DNA of 64,000 nt from Myxococcota bacterium (GCA_039194325.1 JBCCWC010000004.1:160001-224000), one strand, 5' to 3'; positions 28,726-39,492 are shown, counted from the first letter of the stretch. The notes: generated by a model from the letters alone, not told the origin. Translations and numbers: made by a program.

Positions 28726-29907
28726 CTACCCCATACGGTGCTTGGGGAGCTGCCCCGGCATCCCCACTCGTCGCAACTCCACAACGGGGTGACCGGGACT
28801 GAAGTAGGGGCGACACGACATCTGCCAGTTCCAGTAGCGACGGCAGAACGTCCGCAGGTAGTCGGTGTAGCTCCGCAGTACGTGTGGCTCGTCGGTGCCG
28901 AGTGACTCGATCTCGGCCAGCGCCGCCACCAGCAGCATGTACTCGTGCCGTAGCAACTCACAGGTCTCCCGCAGCGCCGCGAGCATCGCCTCGTCTCGGT
29001 CCATCGGCGGGCAATTCTGCTCATACAAGAACAGCGCGACATTGAGCGCGCCGCTGCGTTGATCGATCCAGATGGAGGCGACGTCGTTGATGAGCGCGGT
29101 CAAGGTGCTCAGACGCTCGAGGGCCTCGGTATAGGTCGCCGAGCGCCGCGTAGTCTCCGACAGCTCGATGGGCCCGGACTCCAGCTCGGTCAGCAGCGTC
29201 TGCGCGATCATGCCCCCGTCTTCACACCGAGCGCGCATCGCGTCGTGCACCGAATCGAAGGTGTCGACCCGCCCCAGCACACCGATATTGCGCGAGAAGA
29301 TGTACCGGAGCAGCTCCGAGGCGATCATCTGCACCCAGAACGTGGAGCACTGACCGCGGGCCCAGCAAAGGCTCGCCGTCGCATAGAAGCCCCGCTGCAG
29401 CGGATGGATGCCCTCCTCCAGGGACGGCATGTAGGCTTCGTCCCAGAACATCATCGCGTTTTCGAGCAGCACCTGCCGGCAGTCGCTCGACGACACATTA
29501 CCGGTGCACTTGTGGTCGAGAATCGCGTTGATGATCCACCACTCGACCGAGAGTCTACATAGCGCCCCGGCCACTTCCATGCTGGCCCGAGGGGCCGTGT
29601 GCTCGTAGATGCTGACCGCCTTGACGATGAGCGAACGGAGCGCATCAGCATCGACCAGCGAGTGATACTCATCGAACAACTTGTCCTTGATGACCGCGTA
29701 GTCGACCTCCGGCTGGCCCTCCGACGGATCTTTGGCTCGCTCGAACAGGTCGCCGATCTCGTCCCGCAGCGACAGTAGCGACTCCCACTCGGGCTTCACC
29801 TCCGGCGGCGGCGCCGGTCGAGCTCTCGGCGACCACTGGACACGAAGCGCCGCCAATTCAGCGGCGCCGGGCCACGACTCATCTACGATATATTCCCCTA
29901 AATTCAT
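28726..29907 (-). CDS. degenerate terpene-synthase-fold protein
   Basis: Motif order matches 26192-27358, but DDxxD becomes NAILD, NSE becomes NDVASIWID, and WxxxxxRY becomes WQMSCRPY. Confidence 0.65.
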   Translation of the reverse strand: MNLGEYIVDESWPGAAELAALRVQWSPRARPAPPPEVKPEWESLLSLRDEIGDLFERAKDPSEGQPEVDYAVIKDKLFDEYHSLVDADALRSLIVKAVSIYEHTAPRASMEVAGALCRLSVEWWIINAILDHKCTGNVSSSDCRQVLLENAMMFWDEAYMPSLEEGIHPLQRGFYATASLCWARGQCSTFWVQMIASELLRYIFSRNIGVLGRVDTFDSVHDAMRARCEDGGMIAQTLLTELESGPIELSETTRRSATYTEALERLSTLTALINDVASIWIDQRSGALNVALFLYEQNCPPMDRDEAMLAALRETCELLRHEYMLLVAALAEIESLGTDEPHVLRSYTDYLRTFCRRYWNWQMSCRPYFSPGHPVVELRRVGMPGQLPKHRMG

Positions 29908-30746
29908 CCATCTCTTCCTTTACGGCATGGTACACATCGGATGAGTACGAGAACTCATGCAGTAAGCGGGCCTTTTCTCGGATCCACTATCCACGGGGCT
30001 CAAAATAATGGATTCACCGCAAATTATCGAAGTGTTGGGGTACCTGCGGACGGCATCGAGATGAGTCGCTCGACGATCTAATCGATGGTCGACTTTGGGG
30101 CACGCTACACATCGATACGAAAACCTTACTATCGCCGCCTCGGCGTCCTCTCTCCCGCATTGGCAAGGTTCGACCCACTGGACGGCCGTAGACCTACCCC
30201 CCACCACTGGGGATAACGTCGGCACCAGGATAGGGTCAACCGAAAACAGCACGCCACGAGGACTTTTCTCGTGTAATACGAAGAGTTCCCCTTACAGGTT
30301 TCGAGTCACTACTGTCCATTGTCTCTCAGTTCATGGTAGCGAATTAGCGCATTGGAGGGTCTAGCACATGATCGCGCCCAAGCGACTACAATGAAAACAG
30401 CAGCTTGAACGAGTCTACCTGGTCGAACGCACCGTCCTAATCCGATCGCGCATAGAATCGCAGATCGACTCATAGGTGGCAGAGTGAAAGACATGTAGTC
30501 GATTCTCAATTCCGTGAATGTAATGGTCGACGAATGGCCAATACCGCTCATCACGTGCCACCGATGGATCCATCCCCCGACGTCGGTAGCCGACTCACTC
30601 GAGCCGAGCCTCTCCATCCACGACTTCCAAATTACTGCCACAACGAGACCCCACCGCATTGAGATCCACTGGGACTATCTTCCCCGTTGGGGCGAAACGC
30701 CACGGTCAGCACGGCGCTCACCGGAGGCTGATACCCTCGGCCGCGC

Positions 30747-32117
30747 GTGCGCTTTTGGCAGCCGGAGGCCATCCTCGATCCGTGGATCGTCCTTGATCTG
30801 CTGATCCTGGGCGGCCTGCTGGCCGCGGCGGCCGGGCTCCTACGCATGATCGGGCCGCTGCGACGCCTGTCGGTGCCCAACGCGATCGTGGCCGGCCTGC
30901 TGGGCCTGTCACTGGGCCCCAGCGGAGCCGGCTTGATACCCATCGACATCCCCGCGATGGAGACGATCGTCTACCACGCGTTCGCGCTGATGTTCATCGC
31001 CGGGGGACTCCAGTCACCACCCCGACAAGACCGGCCCGGGGCTGCACGCTCGATCGCCGTGGCGGGCTCGACGATCGGAGTGCTCCAGGCGATCTTGGGC
31101 CTGCTGTTCGTGGCGGCCTGGCTGGCTGTGGAGCCCCTACACCCGGGCTTCGGCTTGATGATCACCCTGGGCTTCCAGCAAGGCCCGGGCCAGGCGCTGT
31201 CGCTGGGCGGCGCCTGGGAGTCGCTGGGCATGACCGACGGCGGCCAGATCGGGCTGGTGTTCGCGACGCTAGGCTTCTTGTACTGCATCGTCCTGGGGAT
31301 CCCGGCGGTGCTCATCGCCCGCCGTCGTGGGCTGCTCACCGAACGAGATGTCGTCGAGCCGAGCACCGAGCCGGGCACCCATGCGGGCACCGAGCGACGC
31401 GGCTCACTGCTGCTCCAGGTCGTCTGGGTGCTGCTCGTGTACGCGGCGGTCTTCGTGGCGATCTCGGGCATGGTCAGCGTGCTCCCCCCCAAGCTGGCCG
31501 CGACCGCCTGGGGATTGCACTTCATCTACGGATCGCTCTTTGCGATCACGCTCCGCTACGCCGCCCGGCGCCTGGGGGCAGACCGTGCCTTCGACGACGC
31601 CCAGCTGGCCCGGATCTCGGTGGTGACGGTCGACGTGACCACGACCGGGGCCATCGCCGCGGTCCGGCTGGCCGTGCTCGCGGCCTGGCTGGTGCCGATC
31701 CTCTTGATGACCCTGCTCGCCGGAGGACTCACCTTTTTTGGCTGCGTGTGGCTGGCCCGCCGAGCGTTCCCCGAGGCTCCCGCTTCGCACGCCCTGGTGC
31801 TGTTTGGCATGGGCACCGGCACGGTGTCCACGGGGCTGGCCCTGCTGCGCATGATCGACCCCGAGCTACGAGGCACCGCGGCCCGCAACACCGTAATCGG
31901 AGCCACGGCCCAGATCCCCTTCAGCGCTCCGATGTTCGTGGGCGTGCTCCCGTTTGCCACCACCCAGTGGTCGGGTTCGACGAGCGCAGCGCTGGGATGG
32001 CCGCTGGCGGCGTTGGCGATCTATCTGGTGGCCCTGCTGGTGTGCTGGCGTGTGTTCACCCCCTTTGCCTTGCTCACCCCCCTGCGCTCGCTGTGGCCCG
32101 ACCGCCCCGACGACTGA
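30747..32117 (+). CDS. sodium/glutamate symporter family (GltS-like) transporter
   Basis: Multi-TM protein; 'VPNAIVAG', 'LGFQQGPGQA', 'GTGTVSTGLALLRMIDPE'. Confidence 0.8.
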   Translation: MRFWQPEAILDPWIVLDLLILGGLLAAAAGLLRMIGPLRRLSVPNAIVAGLLGLSLGPSGAGLIPIDIPAMETIVYHAFALMFIAGGLQSPPRQDRPGAARSIAVAGSTIGVLQAILGLLFVAAWLAVEPLHPGFGLMITLGFQQGPGQALSLGGAWESLGMTDGGQIGLVFATLGFLYCIVLGIPAVLIARRRGLLTERDVVEPSTEPGTHAGTERRGSLLLQVVWVLLVYAAVFVAISGMVSVLPPKLAATAWGLHFIYGSLFAITLRYAARRLGADRAFDDAQLARISVVTVDVTTTGAIAAVRLAVLAAWLVPILLMTLLAGGLTFFGCVWLARRAFPEAPASHALVLFGMGTGTVSTGLALLRMIDPELRGTAARNTVIGATAQIPFSAPMFVGVLPFATTQWSGSTSAALGWPLAALAIYLVALLVCWRVFTPFALLTPLRSLWPDRPDD

Positions 32118-32253
32118 CACGAGGCCGGGGCGCGCCGATGACCAAAAACGGGCCGCAGGGAGGATCTAACGGGCCCGACTTGCCCCCCGCGTGGCCTTTG
32201 CCTACATAGGACCACCAAACGGGACGGCTCGCGCTCCCGGGAAAGACACGCCG

Positions 32254-35151
32254 ATGAACCCCCTCCTCCAGCTGGCGGAACACGGCCAGTCCGTGTGGCT
32301 CGACTACATCCGCCGGGGCATGACCCGCAGCGGAGAGCTGGCTCGGCTCATCGAGATCGATGGCCTGCGCGGTATGACCTCCAACCCGGCGATCTTCCTC
32401 AAGGCGATCACGGGCAGCGACGACTACGACGACGTGCTGGGCGAGCTGGTCGGCTCGCCCGATCTCGACGCCCGGCAGATCTTCGAACGGCTGGCGGTGG
32501 TCGACGTGCGCGAGGCCGCGGATGCCCTGCGCCCGGTATACGATCGCACCGAAGGGCTCGACGGCTACGTGAGCCTCGAGGTCTCGCCCAGCCTGGCGTT
32601 CGATGCCGAGGGCACGGTGGAAGAAGCCCGGCGCCTGTGGCAAGCGGTCGACCGACCCAACCTCATGATCAAGGTGCCGGGCACCGAGCCCGGCCTGGCC
32701 GCCATCGAGCAGCTGATTGGCGAGGGGATCAACGTCAACGTGACCCTGATCTTCGCGTGCCCGGCCTATCGCCGGATCGCCCTGGCCTACCAGGCGGGGC
32801 TGGAGCGCTGGGCGAGCACGGGGGGCAACCCGGCCCAAGTAGCGAGCGTGGCGAGCTTCTTCGTCAGCCGGATCGACACGGAGGTGGACACCCGCCTCGC
32901 CGCCCGGCTCAAGGCGACCTCCGATCCCGCGCTCCAGCAGCGACTGCGGGCGCTGCCGGGCAAGGCAGCGGTCGCCAACGCCAAGCTGGCCTACCAGATC
33001 TACCAAGAGTTGGTGGCGAGCGAGCGCTGGAAGGCGCTGGCCGCCAAGGGCGCCCGGCCGCAGCGGCTTTTGTGGGCAAGCACGGGCACCAAGAACGCGG
33101 CGTACAGCGACGTGAAGTACGTGGACGAGCTGTGCGGACCCGACACGGTCAACACGGTCCCTCCCCAGACCTTCGACGCGTTCCGAGACCACGGCACGCC
33201 GAGCGCCGCGCTGACCGAGGGCGCGGCCGAGGCCCAACGGGTGATCGACGAGCTGGATGCGGTCGGCGTGCCACTGGACGAGGTCACCACGCTGCTGCTC
33301 GAGCGCGGGGTCACGCTGTTCGAGGACGCGATCGACGCCCTGTTGGGGGCCATCGCGGCCATGCAGCGCAAGCAGCAGGGCCCGCGACTCGACCGCATGG
33401 AGCGCTCGCTGCCCGCCGCGCTGGAGCAGGCGGTGACCGAGGCCGCCACCGCCTGGGACGCCGCCCAGAGCACCAAGCGCCTGTGGGCCAAGGACGCGAC
33501 GCTGTGGACCAACTCGGGCGAGGAACGCTGGCTGGACTGGCTGGACGTGGTGGATGCGCAGCGCGAGCGCCAAGAGGAGCTCCGCGCCCTGGCGACGCTG
33601 ATCAAAAACCGCGGGTTCACCCACGCCCTGCTGCTAGGCATGGGCGGCTCGAGCCTGGGGCCCGACGTGCTGACCCATACCTTCGGATCCTCTGCTGTGA
33701 CCCAAGGCGTGCCCAAGGGCGCGGTCAAGCTGCGGATCGTCGATTCCACCGATCCGGCCCAGGTGCGGGCGCTGGTGTCCTCGGTCCCGCTGGCGACCAC
33801 GATGGTGATCGTGTCGAGCAAGTCGGGCAGCACACTCGAGCCCGCGGTGCTGCTGGCCCACACCCTCGAGCGCATGAAAGAGGCGGTCGAGCCCGATCAA
33901 GTGGGGGACCACTTCGTGGCGATCACCGATCCGGGCTCCAAGCTCGAGGCCCAAGCCAAGCAAGAGCGCTTCTTGCGGGTGTTCGCCGGGATCCCCCAGA
34001 TCGGAGGCCGGTTCTCGGTGTTCTCGAACTTCGGGATCGTGCCGGCCACCGTGATGGGCATGGACACCACCGCCTTCGTCGACGAGGCGGCCATCATGGT
34101 CGACGCGTGCCGCACGGAGACCACGGCGGATAACCCTGGGGTGCAGCTAGGCCTGGCGATGGGCCACGCGGCCCGGCAGGGGCGCGACAAGCTGACGCTG
34201 GTCGCGTCGCCCCGCATCGCGCTCTTCGGCGCGTGGCTCGAGCAGCTGGTGGCCGAGTCTACCGGCAAGCAAGGCAAGGCGAGCATCCCACTGGCCGGCG
34301 AGCCGTTGCAGGATCCGACCCGCTACGGAGAGGATCGCTTGTTCGTGTACCTACGCCTACGCTCCACCCCCGACGCCGCCCAGGACCGGGCGATGGCCGC
34401 GATCGAGGCGGCCGGGCACGCGATGATCCGCATCGAGCTCGACGATGTGCACGCCCTGGGCCAAGAGATGTTCCGTTGGGAGATCGCGACCGCGGTGGCC
34501 GGCGCCGTGCTGGAGATCAACCCCTTCGATCAACCCGACGTGGAATCGGCCAAGGTCGAGGCTCGGGCCATGATGGAGGCCTACGAGCGAGACGGAGTGC
34601 TCCCCCCGCAGACGCCGATCCACGAAGAAGGCGGGCTGGCGTTGCTGACCGCGCCCACCCACGCGTCTATGCTTCGGCAACGGCTACGCGCCGCGGCCGG
34701 AGACGAGGCGGATCTGACCGGCCTGCTCCGGGCTCACCTGGGCCTGCTGGGCGCGGGGGACTACTTCGCCCTGCTGGCCTTCTTGCCCATGACCGAGGCC
34801 CACGACCGCCTGCTCGGCCAGATCCGGGCTCGCGTGGTCGAGCGCTTCGGCGTGGCCACCTGTCTCGGGTTCGGGCCCCGATTTCTCCACTCCACCGGCC
34901 AGGCGTACAAAGGAGGGCCGAACTCTGGCGTCTTTTTGCAGATCACCTGCGAAGATGCGCAGGATCTACCCGTGCCGGGGCAGCGCTACAGCTTCGGGGT
35001 GGTCAAGGCCGCCCAAGCCCGCGGGGATTTTGAGGTGCTGGTCAGCCGCCAGCGCCGAGCCCTGCGGGTACACTTGGGCTCTGACATCGCGGCCGGCCTG
35101 GCCGCGCTAGACGCGGCCATTGCGCAGGCCGTGCGGGAGGAGAACACCTAG
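32254..35151 (+). CDS. bifunctional transaldolase / phosphoglucose isomerase
   Basis: GQSVWLD, TSNPAIF, NLMIKVPGT, ASFFVSRID, LWASTGTKN; then GMGGSSLG, SKSGSTLE, IGGRFS, AESTGK, NPFDQPDVE. Confidence 0.95.
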   Translation: MNPLLQLAEHGQSVWLDYIRRGMTRSGELARLIEIDGLRGMTSNPAIFLKAITGSDDYDDVLGELVGSPDLDARQIFERLAVVDVREAADALRPVYDRTEGLDGYVSLEVSPSLAFDAEGTVEEARRLWQAVDRPNLMIKVPGTEPGLAAIEQLIGEGINVNVTLIFACPAYRRIALAYQAGLERWASTGGNPAQVASVASFFVSRIDTEVDTRLAARLKATSDPALQQRLRALPGKAAVANAKLAYQIYQELVASERWKALAAKGARPQRLLWASTGTKNAAYSDVKYVDELCGPDTVNTVPPQTFDAFRDHGTPSAALTEGAAEAQRVIDELDAVGVPLDEVTTLLLERGVTLFEDAIDALLGAIAAMQRKQQGPRLDRMERSLPAALEQAVTEAATAWDAAQSTKRLWAKDATLWTNSGEERWLDWLDVVDAQRERQEELRALATLIKNRGFTHALLLGMGGSSLGPDVLTHTFGSSAVTQGVPKGAVKLRIVDSTDPAQVRALVSSVPLATTMVIVSSKSGSTLEPAVLLAHTLERMKEAVEPDQVGDHFVAITDPGSKLEAQAKQERFLRVFAGIPQIGGRFSVFSNFGIVPATVMGMDTTAFVDEAAIMVDACRTETTADNPGVQLGLAMGHAARQGRDKLTLVASPRIALFGAWLEQLVAESTGKQGKASIPLAGEPLQDPTRYGEDRLFVYLRLRSTPDAAQDRAMAAIEAAGHAMIRIELDDVHALGQEMFRWEIATAVAGAVLEINPFDQPDVESAKVEARAMMEAYERDGVLPPQTPIHEEGGLALLTAPTHASMLRQRLRAAAGDEADLTGLLRAHLGLLGAGDYFALLAFLPMTEAHDRLLGQIRARVVERFGVATCLGFGPRFLHSTGQAYKGGPNSGVFLQITCEDAQDLPVPGQRYSFGVVKAAQARGDFEVLVSRQRRALRVHLGSDIAAGLAALDAAIAQAVREENT

Positions 35152-35154
35152 ACC

Positions 35155-36153
35155 ATGAAGATCCTCTCTGGAGACATCGGCGGCACCCACTCCCGGCTCG
35201 CGCTTTGCGAGGTGGAAGGCGCGGTGGTGCGTCGCGACATCCAGGCGAACTACGAGAGCCGTCGCTACGAGAGCCTCGCCACGATCGCCCGGGCGTTCAT
35301 CAGTGAACACCACATCGAGGTCCATCACGCATGCTTTGGCGTTCCGGGGCCAGTGCAGGGCCGCGAGGCCCGAGTGACCAACCTCCCCTGGAAGGTCGAC
35401 GCCGACGACCTCGAGCGCGAGCTGGGTATCGACTCGATCTACCTGCTCAACGATCTGGAAGCGTGCGCCCACGGGCTGGCCACGCTCTCCGAGGTCGATT
35501 TCCGCGAGCTACGAGCGGGCGACCCGGGAGCGGTGGGCAACGCGGGGCTGCTGGCCGCCGGCACGGGCCTGGGTGAAGCGGGCTTGTTCTGGGATGGGCA
35601 GCGCCACCGTCCGTTCGCGTGCGAGGGGGGCCATACCGACTTCGCGCCCGCCGACGACGACGAGATCGAGCTACTGCGCTTCTTGCAAGCCCGCGTGGGC
35701 GACCACGTCAGCTGGGAGCGAGTGGTCTCGGGGCCCGGCCTGGTGAGCCTGTACGAGTTCCTCAAGGATCGCGACCCGGGGGCGGAGTCCAAGGCGCTGG
35801 CCGAGGCGATCGCCGAGGGTGATCCCGCCGAACAGATCAGCAAGGCGGCCCTGCGTGGCGACGAGTCGCTGGCGGTACGCGCCGTACACTGGTTTCTGGG
35901 CCTTTATGGGGCCGAAGCTGGCAACGTCGCGCTCAAGTACCTCGCGACCGGTGGGATCTACTTGGGAGGTGGCATCGCGCCCAAGCTCGCGAAGCTGCTA
36001 CCCGAGTCCGACTTCGTCCGACGGTTCGAGGACAAGGGGCGAATGCGAGCGCTTCTCGAACGCATGAGCCTGAGCATCGTGATGAACGACAAGGCGGCCC
36101 TCCAAGGCGCGGCATCCTACGCGGCACGCCGGGCTCGAGGAGATCACGGCTGA
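35155..36153 (+). CDS. glk: glucokinase
   Basis: GDIGGT, TNLPW, LLNDLEA, AGTGLG, EGGH, ERVVSGPG, GGGIAPK. Confidence 0.96.
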   Translation: MKILSGDIGGTHSRLALCEVEGAVVRRDIQANYESRRYESLATIARAFISEHHIEVHHACFGVPGPVQGREARVTNLPWKVDADDLERELGIDSIYLLNDLEACAHGLATLSEVDFRELRAGDPGAVGNAGLLAAGTGLGEAGLFWDGQRHRPFACEGGHTDFAPADDDEIELLRFLQARVGDHVSWERVVSGPGLVSLYEFLKDRDPGAESKALAEAIAEGDPAEQISKAALRGDESLAVRAVHWFLGLYGAEAGNVALKYLATGGIYLGGGIAPKLAKLLPESDFVRRFEDKGRMRALLERMSLSIVMNDKAALQGAASYAARRARGDHG

Positions 36154-36587
36154 AGGGTTGGTCGGTCGCCGTGGCCATTTGCCGTCGGCACGAAAGGCGG
36201 ACCTGGCAGTGCGCTCGGGAGGATCGGAGTGTCCGAGCGCAGGCCAGGTCCGGGGGCCGTACCACCTCGCTGCGGTCGCACCCACCGGCGCCAAGCATGC
36301 CGGGACAACGATGCCCTGCGATCATCGAGGCCCCATCGTGACGCGTGAGGGCACTTGTCCCTTCTGGGACGAATCGCTTGCGCGCATCGGCGATCGACAT
36401 CAACCGGCTGGGGTACCGATCGGTAGAGCGATTCCGCGCACGATCGCCACGTAGCGCCCACCACGCGACGCGCACGAGAACCAGCGCCGGGTCGCCCGTT
36501 GGCCCCTCGGGCCGGCCTAGAGCCGATCGTGAGGACCCGAGGTCCGCCGCTTGACGAGGCATACGCGCGGTCGGCAGCTTCGTTCCG

Positions 36588-38159
36588 ATGGCCTCGCTGC
36601 ACGACGCCTACGAGCTCGGAGGCGTCGCGGGTCATGGCCGTACGACCCTGGTTCGGCTCGCCGTACGCCGCGGCGATTGCCAGCCGGTCGCCCTCAAGCA
36701 GCTCCGCATGGAGCACGCGGTCGACCCCGATAAGCGGGGGCGCTTCATCCGGCAGTACCGACGAGCGTGCATGCTGGATCACCAAAACATCGAGAGGCTG
36801 CTCGACATCGTCGAGGGTGACGACGGACCTGTGGCGGTCTCGGAATGGGTCGATGGCCGCTCGCTGCTCCGACTGTCTGGCTGGCGCCGCAAGAACGACG
36901 ACCCCTGGGCTCCCGAGGAGATCGCCGTGATCGCTCGCTCCCTGCTCGAGGCGCTGCACTATGCCCATCACCACCCGACGGACTTCGCGGCTCAAGGCAT
37001 GCTCCACGGGGGGATCTGGCCGGGCAACGTGCTGGTGAACGTCGAGGGCAACGTCAAGCTGGTGGACTTCGGCATGGCGTCGGTGTGGCAAGAGGCACCC
37101 GAGCCATGGCAAGACCTCGACGCGCTGCGGTACCTGTCGGCCGACCACGTGCGCCACGGCCCATCAGCGGCGTCCGATATCTATTCGGTCGGCGCGCTGG
37201 TGCACGAGATGATCAGCGGTCAGCGCTTTCGTGACGAGTGCGAGACGGAAGCGGAGATGCGCATGGTGATCGATCACCCCGAGCCCCCGCCGCCCTGCGG
37301 GCGCGAGGTGCCCCCGGCGCTCGAGCGCCTACGTCGAGGGCTACTGGAGCCGGTTCCCAACCCCCGTTCGGCGCTGGAGCACATGCTGGCGCTGTGCGCC
37401 TCGATCCCCGCGGCCGAGGGCCAGGATCGATTGAGCGCGCTGGTCCGCAAGGCGCTGCGGATCGACAGCACCCAGCCCGATCCAGAGCCGGCCTCCTTGG
37501 GCGGGGCCGAGCTACCGCTCGATGGGATCGCACGGGCCCGGTCACGCGCCAGCGCGGTGGTGCATCACGCGGCGGGGCACGTCCTCGAGCTCGAGCAGAT
37601 CCCCCTGGGACAAGCACCTCGCCAGATCAAGCCACGCGATACCCAGTCGGTGCCGGTGCCGATCCAACACGAGGTCACCGCGGCTCGGGAGCCCATGTTC
37701 CTGCACCAAACCGCGCCACCCAAGGGCGAGCGAGCGCGCCATGCCGAGCAGCGCCGCAGCGGGGTGGCGGTGGCCCCTCCGGCGGATCCCGACGTGGACA
37801 CCGTTCCCCTCGACGAGCCCCGGGCTCAGCTCAGCGCCGAGCTTCGGGCCGCCGGCGACGAGTCCTCGACGGCCAACACGCCCCGCAGGCGCTCGCGACG
37901 GATCTCGGACATGATCTTCGACCCCGACGCAACCGCCGAGGTCAACAAGATCGCACAGCTGCCCGAAGATCGTGCCCGCGAGCAGGCCGCGACCACGGCC
38001 GCGGCCGATGTGGAGACCGAGACCGAGCCCGAGCGCCGCCACTGGCTCCGCGGCCCCTTAGGGTGGGCGCTGCTGGGCGCGCTCTTGGTGGGGGTGGGCC
38101 TGCCGCTCTTCGCTCGGTGCAATTCCCAGCCAACGCCGGCTCCGAGCGCGAGGCCCTGA
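36588..38159 (+). CDS. membrane-anchored Ser/Thr pseudokinase
   Basis: VALK and DFG are present, but the catalytic loop is HGGIWPGN (no Asp or Lys). C-terminal TM segment. Confidence 0.85.
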   Translation: MASLHDAYELGGVAGHGRTTLVRLAVRRGDCQPVALKQLRMEHAVDPDKRGRFIRQYRRACMLDHQNIERLLDIVEGDDGPVAVSEWVDGRSLLRLSGWRRKNDDPWAPEEIAVIARSLLEALHYAHHHPTDFAAQGMLHGGIWPGNVLVNVEGNVKLVDFGMASVWQEAPEPWQDLDALRYLSADHVRHGPSAASDIYSVGALVHEMISGQRFRDECETEAEMRMVIDHPEPPPPCGREVPPALERLRRGLLEPVPNPRSALEHMLALCASIPAAEGQDRLSALVRKALRIDSTQPDPEPASLGGAELPLDGIARARSRASAVVHHAAGHVLELEQIPLGQAPRQIKPRDTQSVPVPIQHEVTAAREPMFLHQTAPPKGERARHAEQRRSGVAVAPPADPDVDTVPLDEPRAQLSAELRAAGDESSTANTPRRRSRRISDMIFDPDATAEVNKIAQLPEDRAREQAATTAAADVETETEPERRHWLRGPLGWALLGALLVGVGLPLFARCNSQPTPAPSARP

Positions 38160-38172
38160 TCCATCCGCGAGC

Positions 38173-39492
38173 TCAGTCGGTGAGCCAGTCGGGCACCTGC
38201 TCCGCGGCCAGCAGATCCTCCACCGTCTGCCGCGGGCGGATCACGTCGAAGCGCTCCCCGTGCACCAACACCTCGGCGGGAAACGGGCGGGTGTTGTAGT
38301 TGCTCGCCATCACCATGCCGTAGGCACCCGCGCTGAGGACCGCCAGCACCTCGCCCGTCTCGGTGACGGGCAGCGCCCGGTCGAGGGCCAAGAAATCACC
38401 CGACTCGCACACGGGACCCACGACATCGACGGTCTCGGTGGCCGCCTCGCGGCGCTCGGCCGGCATGTGGACGGGCACGATCACGTGGTAGGCCTGGTAG
38501 AGGGCGGGTCGGATGAGATCGTTCATGGCCGCGTCCACGATCACGAAGCGCTTGCGCTCCCCCTGCTTGCGCACCAGCACCCGGGTGAGCAGCACGCCGG
38601 CGTTGCCCACGATGAAGCGGCCCGGCTCGAGCACCAGGTCGACGTTGAGACCCGCCATGGCCTCCATCACCGCATGGCCCCAGGCGGCCACGTCGATCCG
38701 AGGGTCTTCGGGTCGATAGGCGATCCCCTGGCCCCCTCCCAGATCGAGCTGGGTGATGCCGATCCCCTCGGCGGCCAGTGCATCGATGAGCGACCGCACC
38801 CGGGCCACACTGTCGGCGAAGGGCTCGACCTCGGTGATCTGCGAGCCGATGTGGCAACCCAGGCCCCGCAGGCGCAGCGCGGGCTCCTCGTGGGCCCGAC
38901 GAGCTACCGGCAGCGCGTCGGCCATGGAGATCCCGAACTTGGCCTTCTCCAGCCCAGTGGCCAGGTAGGGGTGCGTCCGGGGATCGATGTCGGGGTTGAC
39001 CCGCAGCGACACGGACGCGGTACGCCCGACCGCCCGGGCCCGAGCCGCGACTTGCTCGAGCTCTTCGGCGGACTCGAGGTTGATCGATCGCAGCTCGGCC
39101 GCGATCGCGGCGTCGATCTCGTCGTTACGCTTGCCCACCCCCGAAAAGACGATCCGGTCGGCGGGGATCCCCGCCCGCAGCGCACGGGCCAGCTCTCCTC
39201 CCGAGACGATGTCGGCCCCGGCGCCACGACGCGCCAACAGCCGCAGCACCGCAAGCGCACTATTGGCCTTGACCGCATAGCACAAAGTGGTGGGTCGTTG
39301 TCCCACCGCGGCCGCGAGGGCATCGTGGCGCGCCTCGATCTGCGAAGCCGAGTACGCATAGGTGGGCGTGCCCACCTCTCGAGCGAGCCGAGCGAGGGGA
39401 ACGTCGTCCATGCAGAGTGCGTCACCATGCCATCGAAGACCGAAGTGTTGTGGCCCGGCGGTGACCGCGATGTGATCCGGCGGCTGCTTCAC
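38173..39492 (-). CDS. lysA: diaminopimelate decarboxylase
   Basis: YAVKAN, KFG, HIGSQI, LEPGR, GPVCESGD, GAYG..ASNYN. Confidence 0.96.
   Translation of the reverse strand: MKQPPDHIAVTAGPQHFGLRWHGDALCMDDVPLARLAREVGTPTYAYSASQIEARHDALAAAVGQRPTTLCYAVKANSALAVLRLLARRGAGADIVSGGELARALRAGIPADRIVFSGVGKRNDEIDAAIAAELRSINLESAEELEQVAARARAVGRTASVSLRVNPDIDPRTHPYLATGLEKAKFGISMADALPVARRAHEEPALRLRGLGCHIGSQITEVEPFADSVARVRSLIDALAAEGIGITQLDLGGGQGIAYRPEDPRIDVAAWGHAVMEAMAGLNVDLVLEPGRFIVGNAGVLLTRVLVRKQGERKRFVIVDAAMNDLIRPALYQAYHVIVPVHMPAERREAATETVDVVGPVCESGDFLALDRALPVTETGEVLAVLSAGAYGMVMASNYNTRPFPAEVLVHGERFDVIRPRQTVEDLLAAEQVPDWLTD

Noticed and set aside
29920..30740. Short ORFs in the AT-richer region upstream of the TS-like gene
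   Set aside because: Atypical codon usage, no motifs and mutual overlap; treated as non-coding or decayed.
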